37,663 bases of DNA from NCBI GenBank assembly GCA_049472335.1, contig JBLIRO010000048.1, positions 1 to 37,663 of the forward strand, in the 5' to 3' direction. Position numbers and translations under genes: made by a program. Within the stretch, counting starts at the first letter, position 1, and each line of letters begins with the position of its first letter. The notes beneath the pieces are model-generated. The model made no database searches, was not told the origin of the DNA, and saw only the letters and a list, made by a program, of their open reading frames with translations. Source of the stretch: a bacterium (GTDB lineage Bacteria; SZUA-182; DTGQ01; JAFGSM01). Shown here in pieces: positions 25,962-35,045 of the stretch.

Positions 25962-27119
25962 ATGATTAAATCACCGCAATTTGTTGAATATAAAACACTG
26001 GGATCAGGACCGGAATCCCAGGATAAAACCAGTGAAAGAGATCCGTGGGATCAATGGGAATGGCAGTTGAAAAAAAGGATTACATCTGTTGACAAGCTAT
26101 CCTTTGCTTGGTTAACCAGGGATCAAAAAAACCTCCTTAACCAGGTCTGTCAGAGATTTCCAATGGCCATTACCCCATATTATCTTTCTCTGATGAACCC
26201 GGAAGACCCTGATGATCCCATAATGAAACAGGCCCTCCCCTCGGTATATGAGACATTATCTTCCGAAACCTCTTATTCAGATCCTTTAAACGAAGACGCG
26301 AACTCACCGGTCAAAGGCCTGACACATCGATACCCTGACCGCGCGTTGTTTATTCTTACCAACTCGTGCGCTGTATATTGCAGGCACTGCACCCGAAAGA
26401 GGATTTGGAAAGAAGGGAACGAAAACACATTGACCCGGGCTGAGATTAAAAATGCCCTGGACTATATTTTGCGACATGATGAGATAAGAGATGTGCTGAT
26501 CTCGGGAGGAGATCCACTCATGATTCCGGTCCCCCTTCTGGAATATGTGCTCAGAGAGGTACGAAGCATTCCACATGTGGAGATAATACGTATCGGAACC
26601 CGGGCGCCCGTGGTCCTCCCTCAGAGGATTGACAAGCCCTTATTAGAAGTCCTTGAAAGATTCGGCCCGATCTGGCTCAACACTCAATTCAATCACCCAA
26701 ACGAAATAACGGAACAATCAGGACAGGCTTGTGAACTGTTGCTCCGTAGAAGTATACCTGTAAACAACCAAACAGTCCTGCTAAGAGGCATAAATGACCG
26801 GCCTGAGATAATAAAGGAGCTAAACCAAAAGCTGCTCAGGATCAAGGTCAGGCCATATTATCTTTTTCAATGTGACCCTGTAATCGGGACTGAGCATTTC
26901 AGGACCAGTTTATGGAAGGGTGTTGAAATTATGGAGCAACTGAGAGGACATACATCGGGTCTAGCCATCCCTCATTTTGTTATTGACCTTCCAGGCGGAG
27001 GGGGCAAAGTACCTGTTCTGCCCGAATATATTATCTCCAGGTCCAATCATCAAATCACCTTCCGAAATTATGAAGGAAAGCAGTTTGTGCATCGCGAACC
27101 TCGTAGTCAAGGCTTATAA
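25962..27119 (+). CDS. KamA-family radical SAM protein (lysine 2,3-aminomutase-like)
   Basis: GLTHRYPDR, CAVYCRHCTRKR, ISGGDPL, RIGTRAPVVLPQRI, NHPNE, YYLFQCD, VIDLPGGGGKVP (PLP lysine). Confidence 0.93.
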   Translation: MIKSPQFVEYKTLGSGPESQDKTSERDPWDQWEWQLKKRITSVDKLSFAWLTRDQKNLLNQVCQRFPMAITPYYLSLMNPEDPDDPIMKQALPSVYETLSSETSYSDPLNEDANSPVKGLTHRYPDRALFILTNSCAVYCRHCTRKRIWKEGNENTLTRAEIKNALDYILRHDEIRDVLISGGDPLMIPVPLLEYVLREVRSIPHVEIIRIGTRAPVVLPQRIDKPLLEVLERFGPIWLNTQFNHPNEITEQSGQACELLLRRSIPVNNQTVLLRGINDRPEIIKELNQKLLRIKVRPYYLFQCDPVIGTEHFRTSLWKGVEIMEQLRGHTSGLAIPHFVIDLPGGGGKVPVLPEYIISRSNHQITFRNYEGKQFVHREPRSQGL

Positions 27120-27166
27120 TCTGTGGGAGGAGATTACGGAATATTGATTTTTCCGTCTATCAGCCG

Positions 27167-28492
27167 TCACCCTGGAGGATATTTCCTATGCCAGGACCGC
27201 TTACATTTATTCTGATACCTTTTCCTGTGTCTCTTTACCTGACGGGCCAACTCCTCGATACGCACATCCCATCTTTTTACCAGAGCTTGATCTATTTGCC
27301 TGCAGGCCGCCAGCCATCGGAATAACATCATGGCTTCCTTGAAAAAATCCTTTCTGACCATCCTGCCTTCACCTTTAAATCCGGTTCCCCTCTTCATTCT
27401 CCACACCGTTCTATAGATCTCCTTGATCAAATGCCTGGTATGAATCTTTATGGCAAAATGGAAACAAAATGGATTGATGAGCTCCCGGAGCAACAGGTCT
27501 AAATCATTTAGTTGACTAATCAGCTTCTTCTCCAACCCCCGTGCAATAAAAGGCCAAAGAAATGCCGCAAGGCATAGAAATTCAGGGAGAGCACATCCGG
27601 TCCCAGCAATACTGTCCATTTGACCCAAGATATCCAAGAGGCATTTCATCTGGCTTTTATCCCATGACCGGGAATCCGGAAACAAGGAGGGGAAAATCCC
27701 GGTATCCCAAAAAAACGAAAAACATTTCTGCGCATACCCACTCATAAGTATGGCTATTATTTCTTCCTTGATCCTCTCCGGAGAGCCATGACATATCTCA
27801 GCATGACAGTCTTTAATACCTTTAAACGTATCGGGGTCCAATTTGAAATCCAGGCGGGCGGCAAATTCCAGTCCCCTCATCATCCTTACAGGGTCCTCAT
27901 AAAAGCGTTTACACGGATCTCCAATTACCCTGATTATTCCTCTCTGCAAGTCTTCTATACCACCCACATAATCCAAAATACTGAAATCCGCTATATTATA
28001 AAACAGGGCATTAATGGTAAAATCCCTCCGGCAGGCATCCTCCGCAGGTGTTCCGTAATATCTGTTGCTGTGGATGGTTAACTCCCGCCGATCCTCTGTC
28101 TCAAGAAGACTATCGGGTTCACGCCGGAATGTGGAAACCTCTATTATCTTATTGCCTTTAAAAACAATGTGTGCCAGGCGGAATCTGCGGCCTATGAGCC
28201 TGCAATTTCTGAAAATCCTTCTTATCTGAGAAGGTGTGGCATTCGTACACACGTCGAAGTCCTTTGGCTTCCTGTTAAGCAGGATATCACGCACACAACC
28301 ACCAACAAGATAAGCAATGAATCCCTTGCTTTTCAATCTATAAAGGACCTTTAGGACGTCCTTGTCAATAGATTTCCGGGAAAAATTATGAGAAGGCCTT
28401 GACAAAACACACGGCTCGGATAAGCCCTGTTCTGTCTTATTATTCTCATTGGAACGATGATGGGCTACAGGATATTCTCGCTGTGTATTCAA
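27167..28492 (-). CDS. pcnB: poly(A) polymerase I
   Basis: LVGGCVRD...KDFDV, PAP signature LIGRRFRLAHI, RRDFTINAL, EDPVRMMR, basic C-terminal tail. Start uncertain. Confidence 0.92.
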   Translation of the reverse strand: MNTQREYPVAHHRSNENNKTEQGLSEPCVLSRPSHNFSRKSIDKDVLKVLYRLKSKGFIAYLVGGCVRDILLNRKPKDFDVCTNATPSQIRRIFRNCRLIGRRFRLAHIVFKGNKIIEVSTFRREPDSLLETEDRRELTIHSNRYYGTPAEDACRRDFTINALFYNIADFSILDYVGGIEDLQRGIIRVIGDPCKRFYEDPVRMMRGLEFAARLDFKLDPDTFKGIKDCHAEICHGSPERIKEEIIAILMSGYAQKCFSFFWDTGIFPSLFPDSRSWDKSQMKCLLDILGQMDSIAGTGCALPEFLCLAAFLWPFIARGLEKKLISQLNDLDLLLRELINPFCFHFAIKIHTRHLIKEIYRTVWRMKRGTGFKGEGRMVRKDFFKEAMMLFRWLAACRQIDQALVKRWDVRIEELARQVKRHRKRYQNKCKRSWHRKYPPG

Positions 28493-28695
28493 CTTGGATT
28501 CGCAGAATTTGGGGATTTAACAGTTATAACAATTAATATATGATGTTTTGGATTACGTATTTATTTTTAATAGTTCACCGTTTATTTTATTCTTTGTATG
28601 AATTATATATATATTATATAATATCACTATTCTTTAATAAATACAATTTTATAAGATCTTAATGACTGATAAAAAAATCAAAAAAAGGTCAAAAA

Positions 28696-29766
28696 ATGGA
28701 AAAATCCAATAAGAATTCAGTACAAATCATTAAAGACGATCGTTTTCTAAGCCACCTGCAAAATGTACCTCATCCAGAGTCACCCAGACGGTTAGAGGTT
28801 GTCTATAAATACCTTTCAGAACTGGAACATCACATACCTATTACCTATATGACGCCTCGATATGCCTCGGAAAAAGAGCTGGCCCTTGTTCATGATCCGG
28901 AATATATACAGGAGATAAAAAAAATCCGGCGCTTTCCTACTTATCTTGACCCTGACACTCCTGTCACGGAACATTCCTTTCAAGCCGCGATTCTTGCTGC
29001 AGGGGGGCTGCTTGAAGCAGTGGACACAGTCATTAAAGGAAAGGCTTCTCCTGTATTTGCACTTGTCCGGCCCCCGGGACATCACGCTGAAAGGGGTTTT
29101 GCCAAGGGTTTCTGTCTGTTTAATAATGTGGCTGTAGCGGCACGTTACGCACATGAACAATATGGGATCAAACGGGTGCTCATTTGCGACTGGGACGTGC
29201 ATCATGGCAATGGCACACAACATTCATTTTACGATGACCCATCCGTGCTTTACTTCTCTGTCCACCAATATCCCCATTATCCTGGCACAGGTCATATCAG
29301 GGAGATTGGAACAGGTCCGGGTGAGGGGTTTACAATAAACTGCCCTTTGCCCCGCGGCCAGGGAGACAGAGAATACATGGCCATATTTCAGAAAATCCTG
29401 ATGCCTGTAGCATTAGAGTACCAGCCAGAGATGATTTTGGTCTCCGCGGGCTTTGACCCGTATCTGGATGATCCTCTTGCTGGAATGGATGTCACAGATG
29501 AGGGTTTTGCGTTCATGACCTCCGCGCTCATGGAAATCGCTTCTTCATTTTGCCCTGGCCGTATCATCCTTACCCTGGAAGGAGGATATCATCTGCATGG
29601 AATAGCAAAATGCATATCCAGGGTCATCCTGACCCTTAACGGTGATACAGTCAAAGATGAGGAAAAGGATCTCCGCCCTGATGCAATAAATGAAGAGACG
29701 TCTTACGTCATAAAATATGCCGAATCCATTTTTTCAAAATACTGGAAAAGTTTGAAATCCCCCTGA
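28696..29766 (+). CDS. histone deacetylase family (Zn-dependent amidohydrolase)
   Basis: HPESPRRL, RPPGHHA, GFCLFNNVA, DWDVHHGNGTQ, SAGFD...DPL, LEGGY. Confidence 0.95.
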   Translation: MEKSNKNSVQIIKDDRFLSHLQNVPHPESPRRLEVVYKYLSELEHHIPITYMTPRYASEKELALVHDPEYIQEIKKIRRFPTYLDPDTPVTEHSFQAAILAAGGLLEAVDTVIKGKASPVFALVRPPGHHAERGFAKGFCLFNNVAVAARYAHEQYGIKRVLICDWDVHHGNGTQHSFYDDPSVLYFSVHQYPHYPGTGHIREIGTGPGEGFTINCPLPRGQGDREYMAIFQKILMPVALEYQPEMILVSAGFDPYLDDPLAGMDVTDEGFAFMTSALMEIASSFCPGRIILTLEGGYHLHGIAKCISRVILTLNGDTVKDEEKDLRPDAINEETSYVIKYAESIFSKYWKSLKSP

Positions 29767-29807
29767 AGAATAAAAGCAACCGTTCGCTCTTTTAAACTTA
29801 TTTTAAC

Positions 29808-30290
29808 TCAGCCTTTAAGCTTTTTGACCAACAACGCCACCCTCTTTCCAAGCTTTATAGCATTGGAAGAGCTTGTTTTGTCAGGTGTTCCCGCACATGA
29901 CACTCCGTAATGCCCTGTTGCGTCAAGAGGGTCCCCCACAATGATCATGCCGTATATCAACATGGCCTGAATAATGGACATTATGGTGGTTTCTTTACCC
30001 CCTGACTGGTCTCCAGAAGTAGCGAAAGCTGCGCCGATCTTGTCTCCCATTTGTTTTCGAATACCTACAAATCTATCAAACACCTCTTTAAGCTCCGCAG
30101 CCATTGTTCCGAAATAAACAGGGGATCCGGCAATAATGGCATCGGATTCCAGAAAATCTTCCCTTGTAACCTCTGATGCCTGTTTTAAAACACATTTTAC
30201 CTCGTTTACTTCCTTCGCGCCTTTTACTATGTCTTCTGCCAATTTTTGGGTATTTCCAGTTCTGGAAAAATACATCACCAAAACCTGCAT
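29808..30290 (-). CDS. flavodoxin-like / WrbA-type NAD(P)H-dependent oxidoreductase
   Basis: YFSRTGNTQKLA FMN-binding loop, GSPVYFGTMA, GAAFATSG...GGKETT. SD AGGAGG before ATG 30290. Confidence 0.9.
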   Translation of the reverse strand: MQVLVMYFSRTGNTQKLAEDIVKGAKEVNEVKCVLKQASEVTREDFLESDAIIAGSPVYFGTMAAELKEVFDRFVGIRKQMGDKIGAAFATSGDQSGGKETTIMSIIQAMLIYGMIIVGDPLDATGHYGVSCAGTPDKTSSSNAIKLGKRVALLVKKLKG

Positions 30291-30487
30291 TTTATGCCCT
30301 CCTAACATCTGGTTAAATAATAGAATTTCGCACTTTCTTAAAAATCCTAACCGGACTATTTAAAAGCAAACGCGGGAAATGATTTCACCCACCTCTTTAG
30401 CACCTCAAGATTAAAAACATAAAAAAAATTAAATTAAAGGCTTTCAACAATTGATTTTTGATTTAGCATTCAGGGATATTGGTTATA

Positions 30488-30847
30488 TTATATTGCAAAA
30501 ATAAGTCTTATGGAAATAAAAAGGAGTACTATCCCAAAAATCCTTTTTAATAATGTTTCAGATATATAGTGGGCGCCCTGAGCGCCGAGCAGGCCGCCAA
30601 CAAAAAATCCCAGGCACAGAAAAACGGCTATCTTTATCTTCACATTTCCTGCGTAGTAATACTTCATTGCAGCAAGAAGACCAATGGGGGGAACCATGGT
30701 GGCTAGGACGGTGCCCTGTGCCTGATGCTGAGACATGCCAAAAAATAAGACCAGGGCAGGCACCATGATGATCCCTCCTCCGATACCTAAAAAACCCCCT
30801 GCAATCCCTGCCGCTACTCCAACAAAAATAGTCACCAATATAGACAT
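30488..30847 (-). CDS. sulfite exporter TauE/SafE family protein (half-size)
   Basis: GIAGGFLGIGGGIIMVPAL, QHQAQGT, GGLLGA, LKRIFG. SD AGGAG. Confidence 0.92.
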   Translation of the reverse strand: MSILVTIFVGVAAGIAGGFLGIGGGIIMVPALVLFFGMSQHQAQGTVLATMVPPIGLLAAMKYYYAGNVKIKIAVFLCLGFFVGGLLGAQGAHYISETLLKRIFGIVLLFISIRLIFAI

Positions 30848-31427
30848 GTTCGTTTCTCCTAATATCTTAACATCTTTTACTTTTAATATGATTCTTTATG
30901 CCATGATCCTTTATACTATGATCTTATAGACCTCAATAAAATGATATAAAAACACCTTTAAAAGGTGATATAGGTTCTGACGGATTCGTAAAAAGTCATT
31001 ATATCTTAAATCATATTTTATAGAACGGAGTTTATGATACATTTTATATATACTTCTCTTCCTTTTTCAAATATAAAATCTATTAAGGGATTATGAAGGG
31101 AGGAAATAAGAATAAAAAATGATGTCACCCAAACTCTTTTCATCTTTGCCAGTGCATGAGTCCAACTAATCTGATATGAGTATTTGCTGTCTTCATGGTT
31201 TGTTAATGAGGTCTTGTACAGGAAAGGCTAGCAATGGCTGAGTTTCTTTTTCTTAAAACTCTGGTTAATTAAAGTTTTTGGATTGAACCATGACGAAGTG
31301 TATAAAAGGCCGCCTACAATTCAACTTTAAAGAGTTCACAATATAGAAGTTAGAGGATATAAGAGAAAGTCAGTTATAAAAAGAATCAGGAATTTAGCAA
31401 TAATTGAATTCAGGGATATTGCTGATA

Positions 31428-31739
31428 TCATCCTTCTGATTTGTAAACAATTTTCCCGTGTTTCAATATATTTTCCAGGAATCCGCTTTTGTCTTTTTTT
31501 GTGCTCAATAATATCGGTTCGATCTTTTTGTTTATATCGCGAACAAGATTAAATAATTCTGCGCTTATTTTTAAATAATCACCTTCTATGTTATCAACCA
31601 CAACCGAAATATCGATATCACTATTTTCATCTGCAGTTCCTTTTAGATAAGAACCATAGATCACTATCATCTTAACCAGTATATAGCTTTTTACCTTTTC
31701 TGCAAAACGTTCTGCTATTTCAATAACATTTTGATCCAT
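31428..31739 (-). CDS. minimal nucleotidyltransferase (MNT, MntA-like antitoxin)
   Basis: IYGSYLKGTADENSDIDISVV (GS-x10-DxD) and IEPILL; 103 aa. Confidence 0.9.
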   Translation of the reverse strand: MDQNVIEIAERFAEKVKSYILVKMIVIYGSYLKGTADENSDIDISVVVDNIEGDYLKISAELFNLVRDINKKIEPILLSTKKDKSGFLENILKHGKIVYKSEG

Positions 31740-31840
31740 TCATAGAAATCCTTTGTTCTTAAATAAAGTTTTTTGTACCTTTTATAATCAAGCGTCTTTA
31801 ATAAACCTTCCTTGTCTGCGGGATATCTGGCTTGGATAAA
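31715..31840 (-). pseudogene. HEPN-domain gene relic (C-terminal ~41 aa only)
   Basis: Minus-strand frame FIQARYPADKEGLLKTLDYKRYKKLYLRTKDFYEWIKMLLK* has the ARYP motif and overlaps the MNT start, as in HEPN-MNT pairs. An in-frame stop lies a few codons upstream and there is no start codon. Confidence 0.75.
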
Positions 31841-31881
31841 GTATAAATGTCCATTTTAATGTTATAAAACGAGTTCCTCAA

Positions 31882-32043
31882 ATGGTCCCTTACGATATAA
31901 AGAAAAAGATTAAAATGCTTATTGTCTTTGGATCAAGAATTAAAGGTGCAGAAACAAATGATTCTGATCTGGATATTCTGAGAGTTGTTTATGAAAAGTC
32001 GAAAAAATATGTTAACTGTTTAATAACGTTAGTTTTTATCTAA
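31882..32043 (+). pseudogene. truncated MNT nucleotidyltransferase fragment
   Basis: MVPYDIKKKIKMLIVFGSRIKGAETNDSDLDILRVV then diverges and stops after 53 aa. The GS..DxD motif is present and the C-terminal half is missing. Confidence 0.75.
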
Positions 32044-32198
32044 CACTTTCTTATTTCTTGTTTTATTTACTTAAAATCAATATTTGTTAGTAAATAACTA
32101 TCAAAAGTAATCCTTTATTTTTTATTCAACAATCTTTAACGAGTCCTGCATTTTACTCTAATCCCTTATATAGCAATACATTTGACTCTTTTATTCTA

Positions 32199-32215
32199 TT
32201 GGCACAAGGGTTGCT
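32199..32215 (+). promoter_or_regulatory. sigma54 (-24/-12) promoter
   Basis: TTGGCACAAGGGTTGCT matches consensus TGGCAC-N5-TTGCW, about 50 nt upstream of ATG 32267 with SD TAAGGAGG. Confidence 0.8.
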
Positions 32216-32266
32216 CTCTAAAAAAACAGATACTTTAAAGGATAATTGGTTAAGGAGGATTAAAAA

Positions 32267-32686
32267 ATGTATGGAATAAAAAACCTTATGAATATTTTTC
32301 ATAAAAAGACAAGCAAAAAATTTACTGGCTTTTATTCAGCACAAAAATCTTATCGTATTTTAACTTTTCTAATCTTGATGGCAATATGTCTTGTATTTTT
32401 TACAGTTTCTTTACCAAACTATGCTAATGCCGGGACGGTATATGGACACATTCATTGCAGCAGAAGTATGCAATGCCCACAAAGAATAACCTTTTCAATT
32501 TATAGTGGCAGGGATCTAATAAAGAGGCTAAGTACTGATAATAATAGAGACTACACAGTCTTTCTTGCTCCTGGACAATATACAGTAAAAATAGACTTAA
32601 GAGGGGGATCCTGGGAAGCAAATATAAGAAGCTCTTCAAATCCAATACGTCAGGATATTTATCCAATTCGTGTAAACGGAAGGTAG
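32267..32686 (+). CDS. exported small beta-sandwich (carboxypeptidase-regulatory/transthyretin-like) hypothetical protein
   Basis: SD TAAGGAGG; hydrophobic stretch ending ANA; GTVYGHI...YTVFLAPGQYTVKI pattern. Confidence 0.75.
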   Translation: MYGIKNLMNIFHKKTSKKFTGFYSAQKSYRILTFLILMAICLVFFTVSLPNYANAGTVYGHIHCSRSMQCPQRITFSIYSGRDLIKRLSTDNNRDYTVFLAPGQYTVKIDLRGGSWEANIRSSSNPIRQDIYPIRVNGR

Positions 32687-32692
32687 AATCCC

Positions 32693-33949
32693 ATGAAAAA
32701 TCAAAACACTACAGCATGCAAGAATCAAAAAGGAAATAATTCAGAGAGCAAATCAATAATTAAGACAATAGGTAACTGGCTAAAGAATAATTCGGATTCC
32801 ATATTGAAATTGACAGGCTCAATTGCGATTGTTATTGGAACATTACTGGTTGCCAATTACGAATCGAAGATGTCAGCTATTACGTTGATAAATCAACGTG
32901 AGCAGGCAGAGAGCGAGTTACGTTCCAATATGTTCAGTCACCTGATCAGCCCGGTCGCTGGTCCATACCAGGATAGCGCAGAAGTTGACTCACATCGTGA
33001 ATGTCTCCTAGTAAAGTTGCTTGCTCTTAATTTTCATGAACATTTTGAGTTCAAACCCTTAATGTTACATGTGGATGCAAGATTGGCTAAAAAGCATAAA
33101 AACAAAAACTTTGAAGATGAACAAGGAAAATCTGAAGAGGAAAAGGAAATGGAAAGAATACAGGCTGGATGTGATCGAGACTCATTGAGATCCATAGCAC
33201 GACGTGTCGCCAACAGACAAATTGCTCTGCTTATTAAAGAAGGGGCCAGCGAACCTGTTTCATTAGAGATTAAAGTACCGGGCGAGGGAAAAGAAATTGA
33301 CTTAAGGCTTGACGAGAAAGATTTTATTGATCCTGAATGGATAAACATATTATTTAAAAAAGGAATAATTGAAAAAGACAGCTCAGATCCCAACTATTTA
33401 ATCTTCAGTGACTTTGATAATGACCAAAATTCCGTAGGCTTTATTAATTATGAGAAAAAATTAATAGAGAGGCTTAAAGATGCTGGTTTTAAGGAAGAAG
33501 ATATAAGAATGATAAAAGAAATATGGAGAGAAAAGCAGAATTCTTTTACACCTAAACGAGATGAAAAATTCATTAAGGCAAGACATCTTCAGTATGTTGA
33601 GATGATCCCCCCTGAAAGCGATGGAAAGAATTCCGTTGAGGTAATGTTGAGTGATGTTGATTGGGAAAATGAAACAGTTGATATTGTTTTTCTCACAAAA
33701 AATGGGACAGATAATAATAATGACATAAATCCTCAAAAATTCAATCTTACTTGGTATGACTTTCCCCTTACAGACAACACCATCTTACAGGATGGGAATC
33801 GTTTTTCCTTTGTGTTCTCTGACATTTACGGAGATGTTTCATCGGGAGGCACTGTTACCCTGAAGGTTATTTGGTATCCGAAAGATTATTTTACAGCCAG
33901 GGAACGGCCTATAAAATATCAAGAATTTCGTGAGAAACTGGGGATTTAA
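32693..33949 (+). CDS. hypothetical protein with a single N-terminal hydrophobic anchor
   Basis: 418-aa ORF starting 6 nt after the upstream stop; hydrophobic segment LTGSIAIVIGTLLVA; no family recognised. Confidence 0.8.
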   Translation: MKNQNTTACKNQKGNNSESKSIIKTIGNWLKNNSDSILKLTGSIAIVIGTLLVANYESKMSAITLINQREQAESELRSNMFSHLISPVAGPYQDSAEVDSHRECLLVKLLALNFHEHFEFKPLMLHVDARLAKKHKNKNFEDEQGKSEEEKEMERIQAGCDRDSLRSIARRVANRQIALLIKEGASEPVSLEIKVPGEGKEIDLRLDEKDFIDPEWINILFKKGIIEKDSSDPNYLIFSDFDNDQNSVGFINYEKKLIERLKDAGFKEEDIRMIKEIWREKQNSFTPKRDEKFIKARHLQYVEMIPPESDGKNSVEVMLSDVDWENETVDIVFLTKNGTDNNNDINPQKFNLTWYDFPLTDNTILQDGNRFSFVFSDIYGDVSSGGTVTLKVIWYPKDYFTARERPIKYQEFREKLGI

Positions 33950-33968
33950 AATATAGGAGGAATATCAA

Positions 33969-34778
33969 ATGAAATCGGCTATAATTTTCTTAACACTTTT
34001 TTGTTTAATCATCTTTTTATTGACCACAATCTCTTTTGCCAGCAATATAACCCGTTCATGTAATGCATACTATGAAGTAACGACAAATCATCGTGGGGAG
34101 ACCATTAACATAACGCTTGGAGAGTTCAGCACGAAAGGTTCGTGTGGGAGAACCGTTCCAAATCGGTGTCGTACCCGGGCAAGTAATAGTGCGCATGATT
34201 GCATGAAGGCACATTGGGCTCTCTCAGACAGAGCCGATATGTTTTGGAGACCTTGCACAGACAATTATCCTATCACAGAGCAATGTCTAAGATGTGTAAT
34301 TGAAGAGAAGATTTGCGGGATTATTCAGGCAGACAAAATATTTGTTAACGTAAAAGCTGTAACTAAGGGTGATAAGGGCTGTAATAAAACAACGGTTTTA
34401 GCCTCACGTTACCCCGTCAATTGTAATACAGGAATCACAAGACATTATAATAAACCAACCAGACCTGTTCTTACATATCCTGCTCACAACGGGACACAGC
34501 CAAATCATTACTACGGACGAGGAGAACCATGGAGATTCTATTGGCAAGCTTCTTCATGCAGGGGAGGCCGTATTGCAGGATATAGAATTATGGTAAGATG
34601 TGAAAATTGTTCAGTACCTGCTGTTGATGAAATAACAGAAAAACCTGAATATATAGGTGACACAATTGGAACAATAGGTTCGGGCTATTTCGTATGGAGA
34701 GTTCAAGCAATTGATGATCGAAACCAAGTTAGTGAATGGAGTGATGGAAGACGTTTCTATGTACCACCATGGCAATAA
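33969..34778 (+). CDS. secreted cysteine-rich protein with a C-terminal Fn3-like domain
   Basis: SD AGGAGG, signal peptide ending SFA, many cysteines, C-terminal PVLTYPA...FYWQ...YFVWRVQAIDDRNQVSEWS. Confidence 0.8.
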   Translation: MKSAIIFLTLFCLIIFLLTTISFASNITRSCNAYYEVTTNHRGETINITLGEFSTKGSCGRTVPNRCRTRASNSAHDCMKAHWALSDRADMFWRPCTDNYPITEQCLRCVIEEKICGIIQADKIFVNVKAVTKGDKGCNKTTVLASRYPVNCNTGITRHYNKPTRPVLTYPAHNGTQPNHYYGRGEPWRFYWQASSCRGGRIAGYRIMVRCENCSVPAVDEITEKPEYIGDTIGTIGSGYFVWRVQAIDDRNQVSEWSDGRRFYVPPWQ

Positions 34779-34865
34779 TAATGAAATATTTAATATAATA
34801 CCAAAAAAATAAATAAAATACTTAAGCAATTTAAATATAAAAATTAAGGATATAAATTGACTTAA

Positions 34866-35020
34866 AATGACAAGAAAATTCTTAATAATATTAAATTAAT
34901 GATTAAACCCGATCTTAAAGAAAAAATTAAAATACTAGTTGTCTTTGGATTTAGAGCTAAAGATGAAGAAACAGAGGATTAAGATCTGAATATTATGGCG
35001 GTTGTTGCCAAAAGAGATTC
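34866..35020 (+). pseudogene. decayed MNT nucleotidyltransferase fragment
   Basis: NDKKILNNIKLMIKPDLKEKIKILVVFGFRAKDEETED*DLNIMAVV with internal TAA at 34980-34982; clearly similar to the fragment at 31882. Confidence 0.7.
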
Positions 35021-35045
35021 TATATATTACTGTCCTTCACAAATA

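Noticed and set aside
30440..30490. AAC...GTT arrangement after the tauE-like stop as a possible integron attC site
   Set aside because: Too short, no convincing internal L-box pairing, and no integrase in the window.
30978..30998. TGACGGATTCGTAAAAAGTC, resembling one arm of a dispersed inverted repeat or MITE end
   Set aside because: I found no convincing partner arm (best candidate near 32131 matches only about 13/20), so no element can be delimited.
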